From Podarcis tiliguerta (lineage: Eukaryota): DNA of 64,000 bases. The notes under the pieces were generated by a model. The model worked only from the letters and a program-made list of their open reading frames with translations. It searched no databases and had not been told where the DNA came from. Location: NCBI GenBank assembly GCA_965153285.1, contig OZ229113.1. One strand, given 5' to 3'. Positions 13,963-25,369 of this stretch are shown piece after piece (position 1 is the stretch's first letter; every line of letters begins with the position of its first letter). Both the position numbers and the translations under genes were made by a program.

Positions 13963-15975
13963 GTCAGTATATTTTTTCGTTTTATTATAAATACACAGCT
14001 CTTGCTTCCCATTTTGAGAGCTCTGTTGCTATCACTGATGTAAAAACAACATGAATATATTAATTTACATGTGACAAATAAGACATCAGACTGTGGTTTT
14101 TTTTAAAAAAGTCAGTGATAATGTAGCATAGTGATTTACAGAGCAATCCTCTGCATATCTATTCATAATTAAGTCTCACTGACTTCAATAGGAATTGCTC
14201 CCACGTAAGTGTTTATAGGGCTGCAGTCTAAAAGAAAGAACCGTGTGAAATGCTACCTGTCAAGATGGAAAGGGGGGAAGGCAATCAAACACGCTGGGTT
14301 TTTCAGAAATACAGGTACTTCTACATCCAACTTCACAGGAACATGGGAAGCAGATTTATACCATTTCATGCTATTTGTTCATCCAGCCAGTATTGTACAC
14401 TCTGACTGGCAGCATGTATTGTCTACTCGGATTGATTTCAAGGTCTCCATTACCTGATTCCTGGGTTTTTGTGTTTTTACTCTGGAAATACTGGGGTTAA
14501 AATTTAGGATTTTCCATATGGCACTCTACCACTGAGCTATGGCTCCTTCCACTTTAAGAGTCCAGCTCAAGCAAAGCACTTTTATGTGCCATTTATTTCA
14601 TTACAGCCAAAGGGATTTCAAGAGCTTGGCTTCACCTGGGCTATTCATTATCTCTTTTCAAAATAAATGATAAACTCCATCTCTCCGCTTGCGTGTTGTC
14701 AAAGCAGCTAAAGATACAGAAGCAGAGTCTCCACCGGCCATGACTGTAAAAGGCCTTTTTTATTATTATTAGCATCTTACATCAGCCAATTTAAAGCGCC
14801 TGCTTCTTCTAAGGGCTTTGAGGGATCTAAGCCATGACACCTGAAATCCAACATCCTTAATACCATTAATTATTTTTGAAAAAATCTTGGCCACGTGTAT
14901 GGAGTATTGTATTGTATAGGTAATCACAAACATACACGGGTCACCCTGCCAATTTCTAGGCCAATTAATCTTGTTTTAAAGAGCTGCCATTATTGCATGC
15001 TATTGGAATGCACGCTGCGGAAGGTCACATCCTCTGCAATGTGTACCTCGCTGGCTTCAGTGCACAACCACGTATATGTAACAATAGTAGCAGACGGTTT
15101 TCTGGTTTGACTTAAAACAACAAAGGGTGACTTTGTACCCTTGCTCCTTGGCTTCCCCCAGGAGGAATGAGTGACACGAAACTCCGAAAACAGCTGCCAA
15201 TACCTTCAAGTCGTTCTTTTCCTTACAAAACTTGTCCAGTAAGAAAAAGCACGTGTTTGACTATAAAGCATTACGTTATCTGTTTGGCCATCGCACCCTA
15301 ACATGTGCATGTTGGGGCCTGCCATCTGCCCTCTTATCTCCACCAAGGATAGCCAATGTGGTACCCTCCACATGTATTGGGCTACAACTCTCATCTGTCT
15401 CCACCTGCATGGTCAAAGGACAGGGGAGATGGGAGTTGTTTCCAGAAACATCTGGGAGACACCACATTTCCTACTGCTGATTGACAGTCCTTTTTTTAAC
15501 GGCCATATTTCCATACACACTGCCAACATCTGGAAGATACAGGCATTGACTAAAACGGAAAGTGACTGATTGGGATAAGGGGATGGCAACAGAAGCCAGA
15601 GGTAAGAGAACAAAGAATGTGGTAGGCAAAGGTGAAAGGGGGGGAGGGATGAAATATTGTTTTAAAGTACTACTGTTGTCTTATAACAAGGATGGGGACC
15701 TGTGGCCCTTGGCACTGCAAATGGTCAGAGATGTTGAGAGTTGAGTGTCCAATGATACTTGGAGGGCAACAGGTTCCCTGTTCCTGTTTAAAGAGGCAAA
15801 GTTTTCCTTTTCCAATCACTCACGTGCCAGATGAATTGACAAAGGACTGGCAGCAGTAAAGGCAACTTGCATGAAAAGCTGACCTTAAAAAATAAAATAG
15901 GAATTAATTCAATACCATTGTTGCAAACAGCTGATACCCAGAATTCATCTCACTGGAGTAACTGTGTTTTCTCAG

Positions 15976-16149
15976 GCGCAGGATGAAGTCATAGGAGTTT
16001 TAAAGGCTGAAAAAATTAACCTGGCTTTACTTGAAGCGCAATATGGCTTTGTTACTCCAAAAAAGGTCCTTGAAGCACTTCAGCGAGATGCTATACAAGC
16101 CAAGGCTACACTATGGCAGGAGGATATCTATGAAAAGCCCATGGGAGAG
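15976..16149 (+). CDS. FILIP1L: FILIP1L coding exon 3 (174 nt, phase 0/0), CortBP2-type N-terminal domain
   Basis: [58 protein letters not shown] is near-identical to recalled FILIP1L. Acceptor gtgttttctcAG at 15974-15975; donor GAG|GTATGT at 16150. Confidence 0.96.
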
Positions 16150-17140
16150 GTATGTATGATGCATGTTTTAAAGCAGGATGTATGAACGCAGGGATTATCC
16201 CTCCAACCCAGTGAATCAAAGGAACGAGTCTCGTTGATTTAACTAGTGAAGGGCAAGTGCCAGCAAAGCAAAACATTGTTTTGTTGAATTCTACAAACAG
16301 TGAGCTCAGAGCTTAAAGATGCCAGCCTTTAAATCTCCACTACGAAACTGACACACACTTCTGCTTTGAAAGCATCCTTTAACTTCCAAGCGAGATGAAG
16401 ACAAACCTAATTGTCAAATGGTAAAAAGTCTAAGTAGTGAACGAATCCCAAAGTATGCAATTAGATTCCTAAACCAACAACTGTGGACTCTTATCACTGA
16501 CCTTTGGGAACTGTTTGTGAACCAGAAGAACCCTTGTGAACACATGCACTGCAACTCTTCCCAGTCCAGCTATAACCTCCCTGAAATCCCAACCCCCCCC
16601 CCCCGAGCTTGGGAGGTAAAGGCCTCCACTTGCTAATACAGGCTTCTTTCAAGCCTAATTTCAGCAGGGGGTGAAACTGTGGGCACCATGCAAGGCTTCT
16701 GTGGGCACATGTGTGCTTGAAGGCACCACACTGGTGAATCATGGGCTAAGGAATCATCCATATATTGTGCCACACTTCTGAAGACCTGCTCCCCTCATTT
16801 TAAGACCTGCTTTACCCATTTTAACCAAATTTCTCTTCCTCCCTCCCTTGATGTAACATACCTTTTCTTCTTAGTGTTTTGTTTGGATTGGATATGCTTC
16901 CAGGGGAAGGAAGTTGGTAGGATGGTCAGCCCACCGATATCCATTGTAGAATGCATCTGTGCATCATCTTCACCAGTACCACTCCTGTTCTGTCTACACA
17001 AACTACTTATTTTGGGACAGTAACTTATTGAATCATTTGCCTGCTGATTCCAGGGATGAATCAGGAGGTGAATTAAACCAACCATCCTGAGCCCTCTGAC
17101 TTCTTGGGATGAGCAATAATATTAACAAGCAGGTTTAGTA

Positions 17141-17371
17141 CAGTGATACCTTGGTTCTCGAATGGCATACCGAAGTTGTCAAACGCTGCAAACCTGGAAG
17201 TAAGTGTTCTGGTTTGTGAACAATTATCGGAAGCTGAACGTCCAACGCAGCTTCTGATTGAGTGCAGGAAGCTCCTGCAGCCAATTGGAAGCTGCACCTT
17301 GGTTTTCAAACGGTTTTGGGAGTCGAACGGACTCCCAGAGTGGATTAAGTTTGAGAACCAAGGTACCACTG
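17141..17371. mobile_element. Tc1/mariner-type MITE, sister family C
   Basis: ta|cagtgataccttggttctcgaa...tttgagaaccaaggtaccactg|ta; ~22-bp TIR; interior distinct from families A and B. Confidence 0.85.
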
Positions 17372-19189
17372 TATCTCTAGACTGTAAAGTTCCATAGAAA
17401 GATGTTTCAACATCCAGCATTGAGCTAAAGAACTATGAATGATGAAAATGATGAAAAGTAATAAAATGTGAGCCAATATCTATCTGCATTCCTAAATGCT
17501 TTCCTCTTCACTCAAACACACATGCTTCTGGTATACAGCTCATTACAGCTCACTATAAACGACATCATGAATAGAATTCTTCCACAGGGCACTTTCCAGA
17601 CTTCAGAAAGAAACTACGATAAAGTTCATTTCACATACGCAACCAATGTCACACAAAAAGGTTAGAATGCGTTTCCAGATCTTGAAGCCTTAACCCTCTA
17701 GTTATGATCCAAATCTCTTGAAGTTCAGGTGCAGAGGTCAATGCCTTTTCAAAACACTGTAGGGTATTAGGTCATAGAAGCTCTGAGCACAAAAGGAAAT
17801 GATCCAAGGAAGGAACAGTCTTGCCTCCCCACAAATTTCCAAAACATAATTTGGACTTCTAGCTTGCATACATTATACAAATGTTTTCTTCCTAACGTTA
17901 CATGGCAGCAAATGAGTTTCTAGCGCCACTTTCCTTGGCAATATCAAAGGCAAAGAAAAACATTCTGAAAATAGTAAAAAATGGTACAGATCCCTCATGC
18001 TGACTGGAGCCCTGGAAACGGAAGAAACTGATAAACACCATGCAGAACATTTTGCAGAACACTGTAACTTTAAATAGAATTTGGAAAAGATAAAGTATAC
18101 ATTCATTTGTTTCTAATGTTACATATTTATGAAATAAATAAAAGAGAGAGAAAGGGCCACCAGCACCAGTTACAGCTGGAGTGCCAGGAAGAAGCAAATT
18201 ACTATGTGACTTCCCCACACTAATTCTGTCAATGTACCTCATTGCCTGGCTCTCACAGTCCCTGCTATTCTAATTGCTGGTTTCTCAGGAGCAGTCCCTA
18301 AGATGCTGCCAACAATGCGACAGCTTTGCCAGTTGAGAATTGCCAAGCTTATCCTATGTGCGTCTTGGTTCCAGTTCCATACTTGGGACAAGCATACGCA
18401 TTTCCAAGAGGACAAATATGTGCAGCTTTCTTCACTCCTATAATGAAGTATTAAGAGAGGCAGACAACCTGGTTTTGAAATCATTAAGAACTTCATCTCA
18501 CTTGTTGCCAGTTTAGCTCATTTCTCTTTGGCAACAACAACTCAAGCTATCGTTTCATAAAGACCAATTCACTCAAGCCACAACTGGTGGGTGTTGACCC
18601 ACCAACCACTGCCACATTTACTATATATGCGCACAGGATATGATGTCACATGAAACTGTCCTAAGAGACTAAAGGACATACAGTCAAGTTATGTCGCCAG
18701 AGGGAGGCGGGGGAGCTTCATTTCTGTGGGAAACCTCAGCATCTTACCGGTAGTGAATTGTTTTGTCACTACTGAGCCCACTGTGTGGCAGTTTTGGTGA
18801 CAAGTAAGCAATTTTCCTACCACCACTGCTCTTCACAGTGCCAACCCTGCAGAGCTTTTGTGTGGTTTAGGGGCTCCTACGATTTTGTCCGACAGGAGAT
18901 GTAAAGGATCCCTCGGTAGCAAGAATTTGAAGATAAAATTGTTTGTATCCACCACAATTTGGATACCGCAGTTTATGCTGATCAGATAAAAAGGATGTCC
19001 AGAACAATATCTGGCTCCATTTTGTTGGATTTCGGTCATAAAGGACTCAGAATATGGGCATGGCACTTGGCTAACTGCCTGAATGTTCAACCTTTGCCAT
19101 GCTTCACTTATTACAGCTAGTGGGTCTGAGTACAGAAGATGGCAAATGCCTCTTTGAGAGAATAGGTGCTCCCAGCCACATTAAAAGGT

Positions 19190-19860
19190 ATGACCATTAC
19201 TAAAGAAAACTGCAGTGGACCCAGAAGACCTGAACAACTGTCAGCTCATTGCTAACATTCCCTTGGGACAGGTGATCATCTAGGTGATTGCCAGCCAACT
19301 CCAAGCACATTTTGTTATCTAATTATCTAAATCCTTTTCAGTCAGACTTCAAAGCAGGATTTGGTGTAGAAACCAGATTGGACACACAGAAAGATGACAT
19401 TTGCTGCGAGAGAGATGGGAAAGTGCAACATTGTTCTTTTGGACCTCTCAATAGATTTGATAGTCTTGACCATACAACCCTTTTGGAGAGGCTGTGCAAG
19501 TTCAGTGTTGGGGTATTGCTTCCTAGTGGCTCCACTCATGCCTTGGTGCTGATTCTAGAAGATGGTGCTTGAGTATTTTTGCTCTGCTGCTTGACATTTA
19601 TGCCTCAGAGTCTCTGCAGGGTTCTATTTTACCCCCCCCCCCTTTAATCATATACATGCAACTGGAGTGAGGTCATTTTGAGATTTGGGTGTGGTGTCAT
19701 CAGTATGCAGATGGCACCCTGCGTTCCTTTTCATCTAGCACAGGTGAGGCAGTGGGAGTAATAAATCAGAGCCTGGAAATGGCAATGGACTGGATGAGGG
19801 CCAATAAAGTGAAGCTCAATCCAGACAAGACAAAAGCACTCTTAATGGGTGGTTTAAATA
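19190..19860 (+). mobile_element. Decayed L2/CR1-group LINE reverse-transcriptase fragment
   Basis: Frameshifted RT motifs PLLKK..DP, YLNPFQSDFKAGFGVET, FDSLDH..LLERL, CHQYADG, WMRANKVKLNPDKTK. Confidence 0.88.
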
Positions 19861-21524
19861 TTTGCCTACGTTCATGGTATCAACCCCCAACCCCCAAGAA
19901 TCGGGCTCATGTTCTGGGAGTGGTATGAGAACTAACAGGGCCATATTTAAATACAGTAAGTAAGAAACACATTTACTGAGATGGAGAATGACATGGTTAA
20001 AAAACATTTAGGTTCTTATTTCCATATTGCCATATTATTCCTTATGAATGACAAGCTTAGAGTAGTTATAGCAGATTAGTCATCATTTACCTGGATAATG
20101 AGAATAACTTAAGTTAACATGTGTAACACAGCACTTTCAAAATTATACATTCATCTTAAAGTAGCAGGGGAGATCTGTGCACTTAAGCAGACTGCTGAAC
20201 CCACGACTGCAGATATACATCTTCCTTGATATCATGACTCTCATCTGAATCCTAATATAACTGATATAAACTGAGCTTCTGGTGCAAATATGGATACACA
20301 TCCCCTCCTGGGGTCACTAGTTGCATGCAACAAGTTACATGCAACTAAAGTAAGATTGATTTAGCTAGGTTTTATGAAAACCACCCTCTCCTTGCCTTCT
20401 TTCTCCTGGGAAACAGCTACTCTTGAACTATCTTTAACTCTCTGGCACTGAACCACCAATAGCAAGTTTAAAACAGTACTGTGCTTGCGCTGTAGCCCTT
20501 AACTACCATGCAAGGCCATGAATTACATGCGTCACTGAAGAGCTGTACAAATGCCAACATAAATAAAAAATAATCAACTACTTTGGCCTGATTTTTTTTA
20601 AAAGAATTCACTCTGGCCTCACAAATTTATGACTGATTGCAGACAAATTTATCAGAAAGGTAGTTTTGTATGTAGAGTGAAAAAAAAAACCAACAAAATA
20701 TCTGTTGCAGATCAGAAAAATCCCACCGAGACAGACCTTCTGACAAAAGTATGAAGTCTAGACTATCTTGGTCAAAGGGCTTCCAGCTCTGGCAAAATAC
20801 TAAAGAATAAGAGAAATCTGTTCTGTTTTTATATTTCCCTTCATTAGGCTCTTGTTCAGTTCATTAGTATAACAGCAGCAGCAGAAGCAGCAAAGAACTT
20901 TCATCACTTCATAGGGAAGCTGAAACTAATAATTACATGGAACTGGGCCTCTTGCCTTCCTAGACTGAACAAAAAGTTAATATGCATCACAGCTAGACAA
21001 AGAGCACTCCATCAATTAAGCACTGAGCCAAAAGGGGAAGGGAAGTTTCCAAATAAGACAAAACATTTGAATAAATCATGTTCATACAGAAGCACACTGG
21101 GAACCAAATCAGAAAGTACTAATGCACCTCACCAGTATCAGGTGTCATCAGTAAGATCAAGAACTAAAAAGTAAGGTGGCACAACCTACAGGGAGTCTCA
21201 CTGGGTTCTCAAATGAGGGACTAGAGGAAGGTCATAGTCCTGACTTGAGTATGTTGCTGGTAGGGGGATTTATCAGAACCAGACAGAAACCTGAAGGCCT
21301 GTGCTCTTCTTGCCCTTTAAGAATCCCTAAATTAACACAATGGAAGCTGAGTAATACATTCTTTAGGATAAGGCCTGTACCAATTTAATCCCCCCATAGA
21401 TATTACTAATGTTACTTCCTGGCAAAATCAATAATTAAAATGACTGTTCTCCCCCCACACACACACACACAAAAAAAACCCTACAGAAATGAAGGAAATC
21501 ACAGTACTGTGTTATTCTTTTCAG

Positions 21525-21703
21525 CTTGACAAAGTTGCTGAGAAGCATAAAGAAACTCACAGGCGGATGCTGGAACAGCTCTTAATGGTAGAAAAATCTC
21601 ACAGGCAAACCCTGTACGATCTGGAGGAGGAGAAGAGGAAACATGCAGAGTACATGGAGAAAAGCGATGAGTTTACCAATTTACTGGAACAAGAACAAGA
21701 AAG
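21525..21703 (+). CDS. FILIP1L: FILIP1L coding exon 4 (179 nt, phase 0/2). The next exon is beyond the window
   Basis: [59 protein letters not shown](R). Acceptor ttattcttttcAG at 21523-21524; donor AAG|GTAGGA at 21704; in frame with exon 3. No LKKLI... continuation or long coiled-coil ORF appears in the remaining 42 kb. Confidence 0.96.
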
Positions 21704-22810
21704 GTAGGACATATTTAAAGCTACCAAGTAGACTTCAAAATCTTAGTACTTTGTAAGTACCTTTAAAAAATATACTCCTGATTTGTATCCAACATTTGAA
21801 CACATCAAGAACATGTTATGGGGCATGTACTGCATGACCTTTCGTGACATAGTGTGGTAAAGTTAATAGAGCCTGCTAGCCTTTTAGTATCATCCTAGAA
21901 ATGTATCTCTCCCCCTCCTTTGTACTTCCCCATCTCCCATATTTCCTTCCTCTTTGTGGAAAAGGCCTCTTCTGATTTTTCTTGAGAATTATCTTCTTCG
22001 TCTTCTTTTGGTAGTGCAAAGGCAGAGAGATAAATTTGTAGTAAATCTTGATATAACCCGAACAAGTCTTTAAGGTCTCCTGCCAGTCACAAAAACTTAT
22101 ATTTCAAGTCCAATTCACACATGATGCTAGGGATGTGGCTATCACATTTATGTTGTTGGTAAGTTTTGCCTCTCCAGTTACATCCATGGAATCATTGTCT
22201 TGTGGGTCATTTGAATGATATAGGTCCCACCCATGCAGCTGTTATAGGAAGAGAACACATCACTTACTTCAACAATGAGGCTTTTTGCCCTACAGATGTT
22301 ACAGAAGTAGAAAGGGAATTCAATGACACAGAACTGGCCTCCCAGGTCAATCCAGCAACAACCTTTCTTAGTGAGAAGGACTGTACAAGAGTTTAAATAT
22401 GTTAAGAATCAAATTCTAGTAAGCCTAGTAACTCATATATTTACAGTAATACACAACACGACCCCAAACGGAGAAATTAGAACACAGTATCAACTGCAAC
22501 GTATTTGGAACCAGTATATCTATGATATACATAGAGGGCTGCATCCTTCTTTTGAGGCCAGTGGAAGCATCTAGGGTGAAAACCAGACAAAAAATATTCC
22601 AAAGACTGCGTAGACAGTAAAATACGGTCTTGTGGACTGTTGCAGTCATGCATCAGCCTGGGTCATAAAAACATTATATGAGCCCTAAAAGATCAAAGTG
22701 AAGGTCCACCTAGGCCTGTGTTATATAGCACGGTGCAGGGGCCAGCTCAGCTGTCTCTGCAACAGGATTTTGTGGCAGGAACCATGTTGTGGATTCAGTC
22801 CAACCATATA

Positions 22811-23041
22811 CAGCGGTACCTCGGATTAAGTACTTAATTCGTTCCAGAGGTCCGTTCTTAACCTGAAACTGTTCTTAACCTAAAGCACCACTTTAGCTAT
22901 TGGGGCCTCCTGCTGCCGCCGCACAATTTCTGTTCTCATCCTGAAGCAAAGTTCTTAACCTGAGGTACTATTTCTGGATTTGCGGAGTCTGTAACCTGAA
23001 GCGTATGTAACCTGAAGCGTATGTAACCCGAGGTACCACTG
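22811..23041 (-). mobile_element. Tc1/mariner-type MITE family A, copy 2 (inverted relative to copy 1)
   Basis: ta|cagcggtacctcgg...cgaggtaccactg|ta; the interior is the reverse complement of 431-672. Confidence 0.9.
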
Positions 23042-24549
23042 TACTGTATTGCTGCATTATTATGATTATTATTTACAATGCATGCTCAGAGCAGCAGACA
23101 GTGCTTTGAGGACTGCAGCAAAATTCATCTGTAGAACATAAGCAATAAGGAAAATGAAGGCAGCCTAAAATATGCAGCAAGAGACAAAGCTAACCAAATG
23201 TACTGAGGAAATCTCTTTATGGATTCAGATACAATGGTTCCTCACCAACACACATGAGAAGAGACAAAAATGGCTTTTTTTTGTCATTTTATAAAATTGC
23301 CTATATTTCAAAACAGTAATTAATTGTAAAAAAAAAGATGAAGAAAAATCCCCCAAAGAGAAGAGGAAAATATTACGGTCACATTTCCTATTCCCCAGAC
23401 AGCTACACTTGATTCTCAAAAGTATGAGAACATGGTCTCTGTATCCCATTGCTCAGAACAGCTTCCAGATGGAAATGTCTGGGTGTGAGAACGTCAAGCC
23501 CATTCTAACCTCACATGATGCATACAAGATAATACTTCCTCTCTTTGCCGGCATAACCTCATGTTTCATGTATCCTGGCACCACTTGCAACATTCACCCT
23601 TCCTGCTACACCTTTTTCCTTTAACGTCTGCTGTAGAAAGCTCACAGGCTCTCTCTCAAAGTACTCAAATATTTACGGAATAAAATTCAAAAATACTTCG
23701 TTGCTGATCTTGTTCTAAATTAATACAAAATTATAAATAAATACAGCTGGGCATGGGCATGAGGCATAAATAAAAGAGGGAGCTTTTTTTTAAAAAAAGA
23801 AAAAGATAGTAGGCACTCTGCCCATGCACAAGTTTATGCGATGCTGATACTGGAAGAGTCAAAATTCAAAGCTGGGTTTTTGAGCACACTTTTCCAAATA
23901 CAAGTACAGCTCTCCAAATCACTACACAGAAAAGACAGAGCAGCAGAAAAATCATCAAATGTAAAGGCTAGGAATGGGGCAGGGGGGAATGGTTTTGATT
24001 AAATGTAACAGAATGCTGCATCATCTGCAAACAAATCAGTACAAAACTGCAAAGAAAGACAGCAAATATACAAGCTTTTAGAAGTAGTGGATTATCTAAT
24101 TAAAATTTGTTGTTGTTTTAATAGTTGGAAACAGTTTACAATTATTATTGGTAACCAATATCTGTCTGGAAAGGAAAAACGGAGGTGGCTAATGAGACCT
24201 TAGAGAATGCAATAATAGATTTTAGATTAAGCCTCAATTTTTGTGTTTTCTTTGGAGTGCTCATTTTATGTGGAAAACCCTAAAGGAGCATGATGTCACA
24301 TCTTGAATAATGTCCAAAACATTTGCCAAGTGATGTCGCCATCAGGATCTCTTAGCAATTGCCTACCAGAGTGAGAAAGCTCTCACACAAGTTAAGGCAC
24401 GGCTCCTTTATTATGATAGTACACAAGCTGATGTTACACACACACACACACACACACAGCAGGGAAGCAGGGAGTGCCTGGGAATTTTTAGAAAGCAGAA
24501 ACTGTTGTGATTTTAAAATGGATTCTGTACTTTGTGAGTTTGGGCCTGT

Positions 24550-25330
24550 CACACAAAAATTTGGGTGAAATCACACCAAAGTCAAATATTGGTCCACCAT
24601 ATTGATTCAAAATCGTACCTGCCATCCAAACCTCAAAAAAAAACAACACCCAAAAAAAACACACCACCACCTCAGGAACGCTTGTACTGAGTTTGGTGAC
24701 AATATATTGACAGATGACTAAACCAGTGCCAAAAAACAGGTGAAGTTATGTCAAAGTCATGTTTTGGATTGTCACCTTGAATCAAGATGTCAGGCATCCA
24801 AACACTGACAAAGACTGCCACTCCTAGCTCAGGATCCCTTGTGCTGGGTTAGTGACAATATCTCATGTGGCGGCCTAATGTATACCCAAAAATGGGTTCG
24901 GTCACACACAAGTCACGTTTTGGTTCACCATCTTGATTCAAAATGGTGCCTGGCATCCAAATGTCAACACAGACCCTTAGCTCAGGAATCCTCGTCCCAA
25001 GTGTGGGCACAGTCTGCCTTGTTGATTCGAAACAACACCTCGTGTCCAAACAATGTTGAAGTCTGCCATCCAACCTCAAGAACCCTTGTGCCAAATCTGG
25101 CAACAGCATCAAGAGAGGCAACCAAACCTATGCCAAAAATGGGCAAAGTCACACCAAGCTGATGTTGGTGTCTACCATCTTGGTTCAAAATAACGGTCGG
25201 TGTCCAAACATGGACAAGGACTACTGCCTGCACCTCAGGAACCCTCACGCCAAGTTTGGCAACAATATATCAAAAAGCACCCAAACCTCTAGAGAACAGA
25301 CAGAGCATTTTCCAAAATATAGAGTATGTC
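24550..25330 (+). repeat. Degenerate tandem array of ~5 units of ~155-175 bp (one ~90 bp), probably the interior of an old transposon
   Basis: Recurring ccatcttgattcaaaat...tccaaac...ctcaggaaccct..gccaagtttgg..acaatat at ~24596, ~24771, ~24926, ~25018, ~25173. Confidence 0.75.
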
Positions 25331-25369
25331 ACACACACAGACACACACACACACACACACACACACACA
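25330..25369 (+). repeat. (CA)n microsatellite
   Basis: Directly visible. Other simple repeats lie at 24437-24458, 54301-54345 and 57757-57799. Confidence 0.95.

Noticed and set aside
13963-14043. The ORF-track protein continues past exon 2 with a hydrophobic tail (VSIFFRFIINTQLLLPILRALLLSLM)
   Set aside because: This is read-through into T-rich intron after the GT donor; homology ends exactly at ELQ.
19288-19928. RT-like ORFs as a functional reverse transcriptase or novel RT system
   Set aside because: A frameshifted, deleted L2-type fragment with the catalytic YADD changed to YADG; an ordinary dead LINE.
13693-21703. Assignment to the paralogue FILIP1
   Set aside because: Diagnostic segments ([46 protein letters not shown]) match FILIP1L.
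21895-22086. Minus-strand stop-free stretch LAGDLKDLFGLYQDLLQIY...KEDEEDNSQEKSEE that looks protein-like
   Set aside because: Only ~63 codons, driven by purine-rich composition, with no recognised homology or clear splice sites. A tBLASTx hit in other amniotes would reopen it.
24550-25330. CRISPR-like array
   Set aside because: Eukaryotic context, degenerate repeats, mutually homologous inter-repeat segments, and no cas genes.
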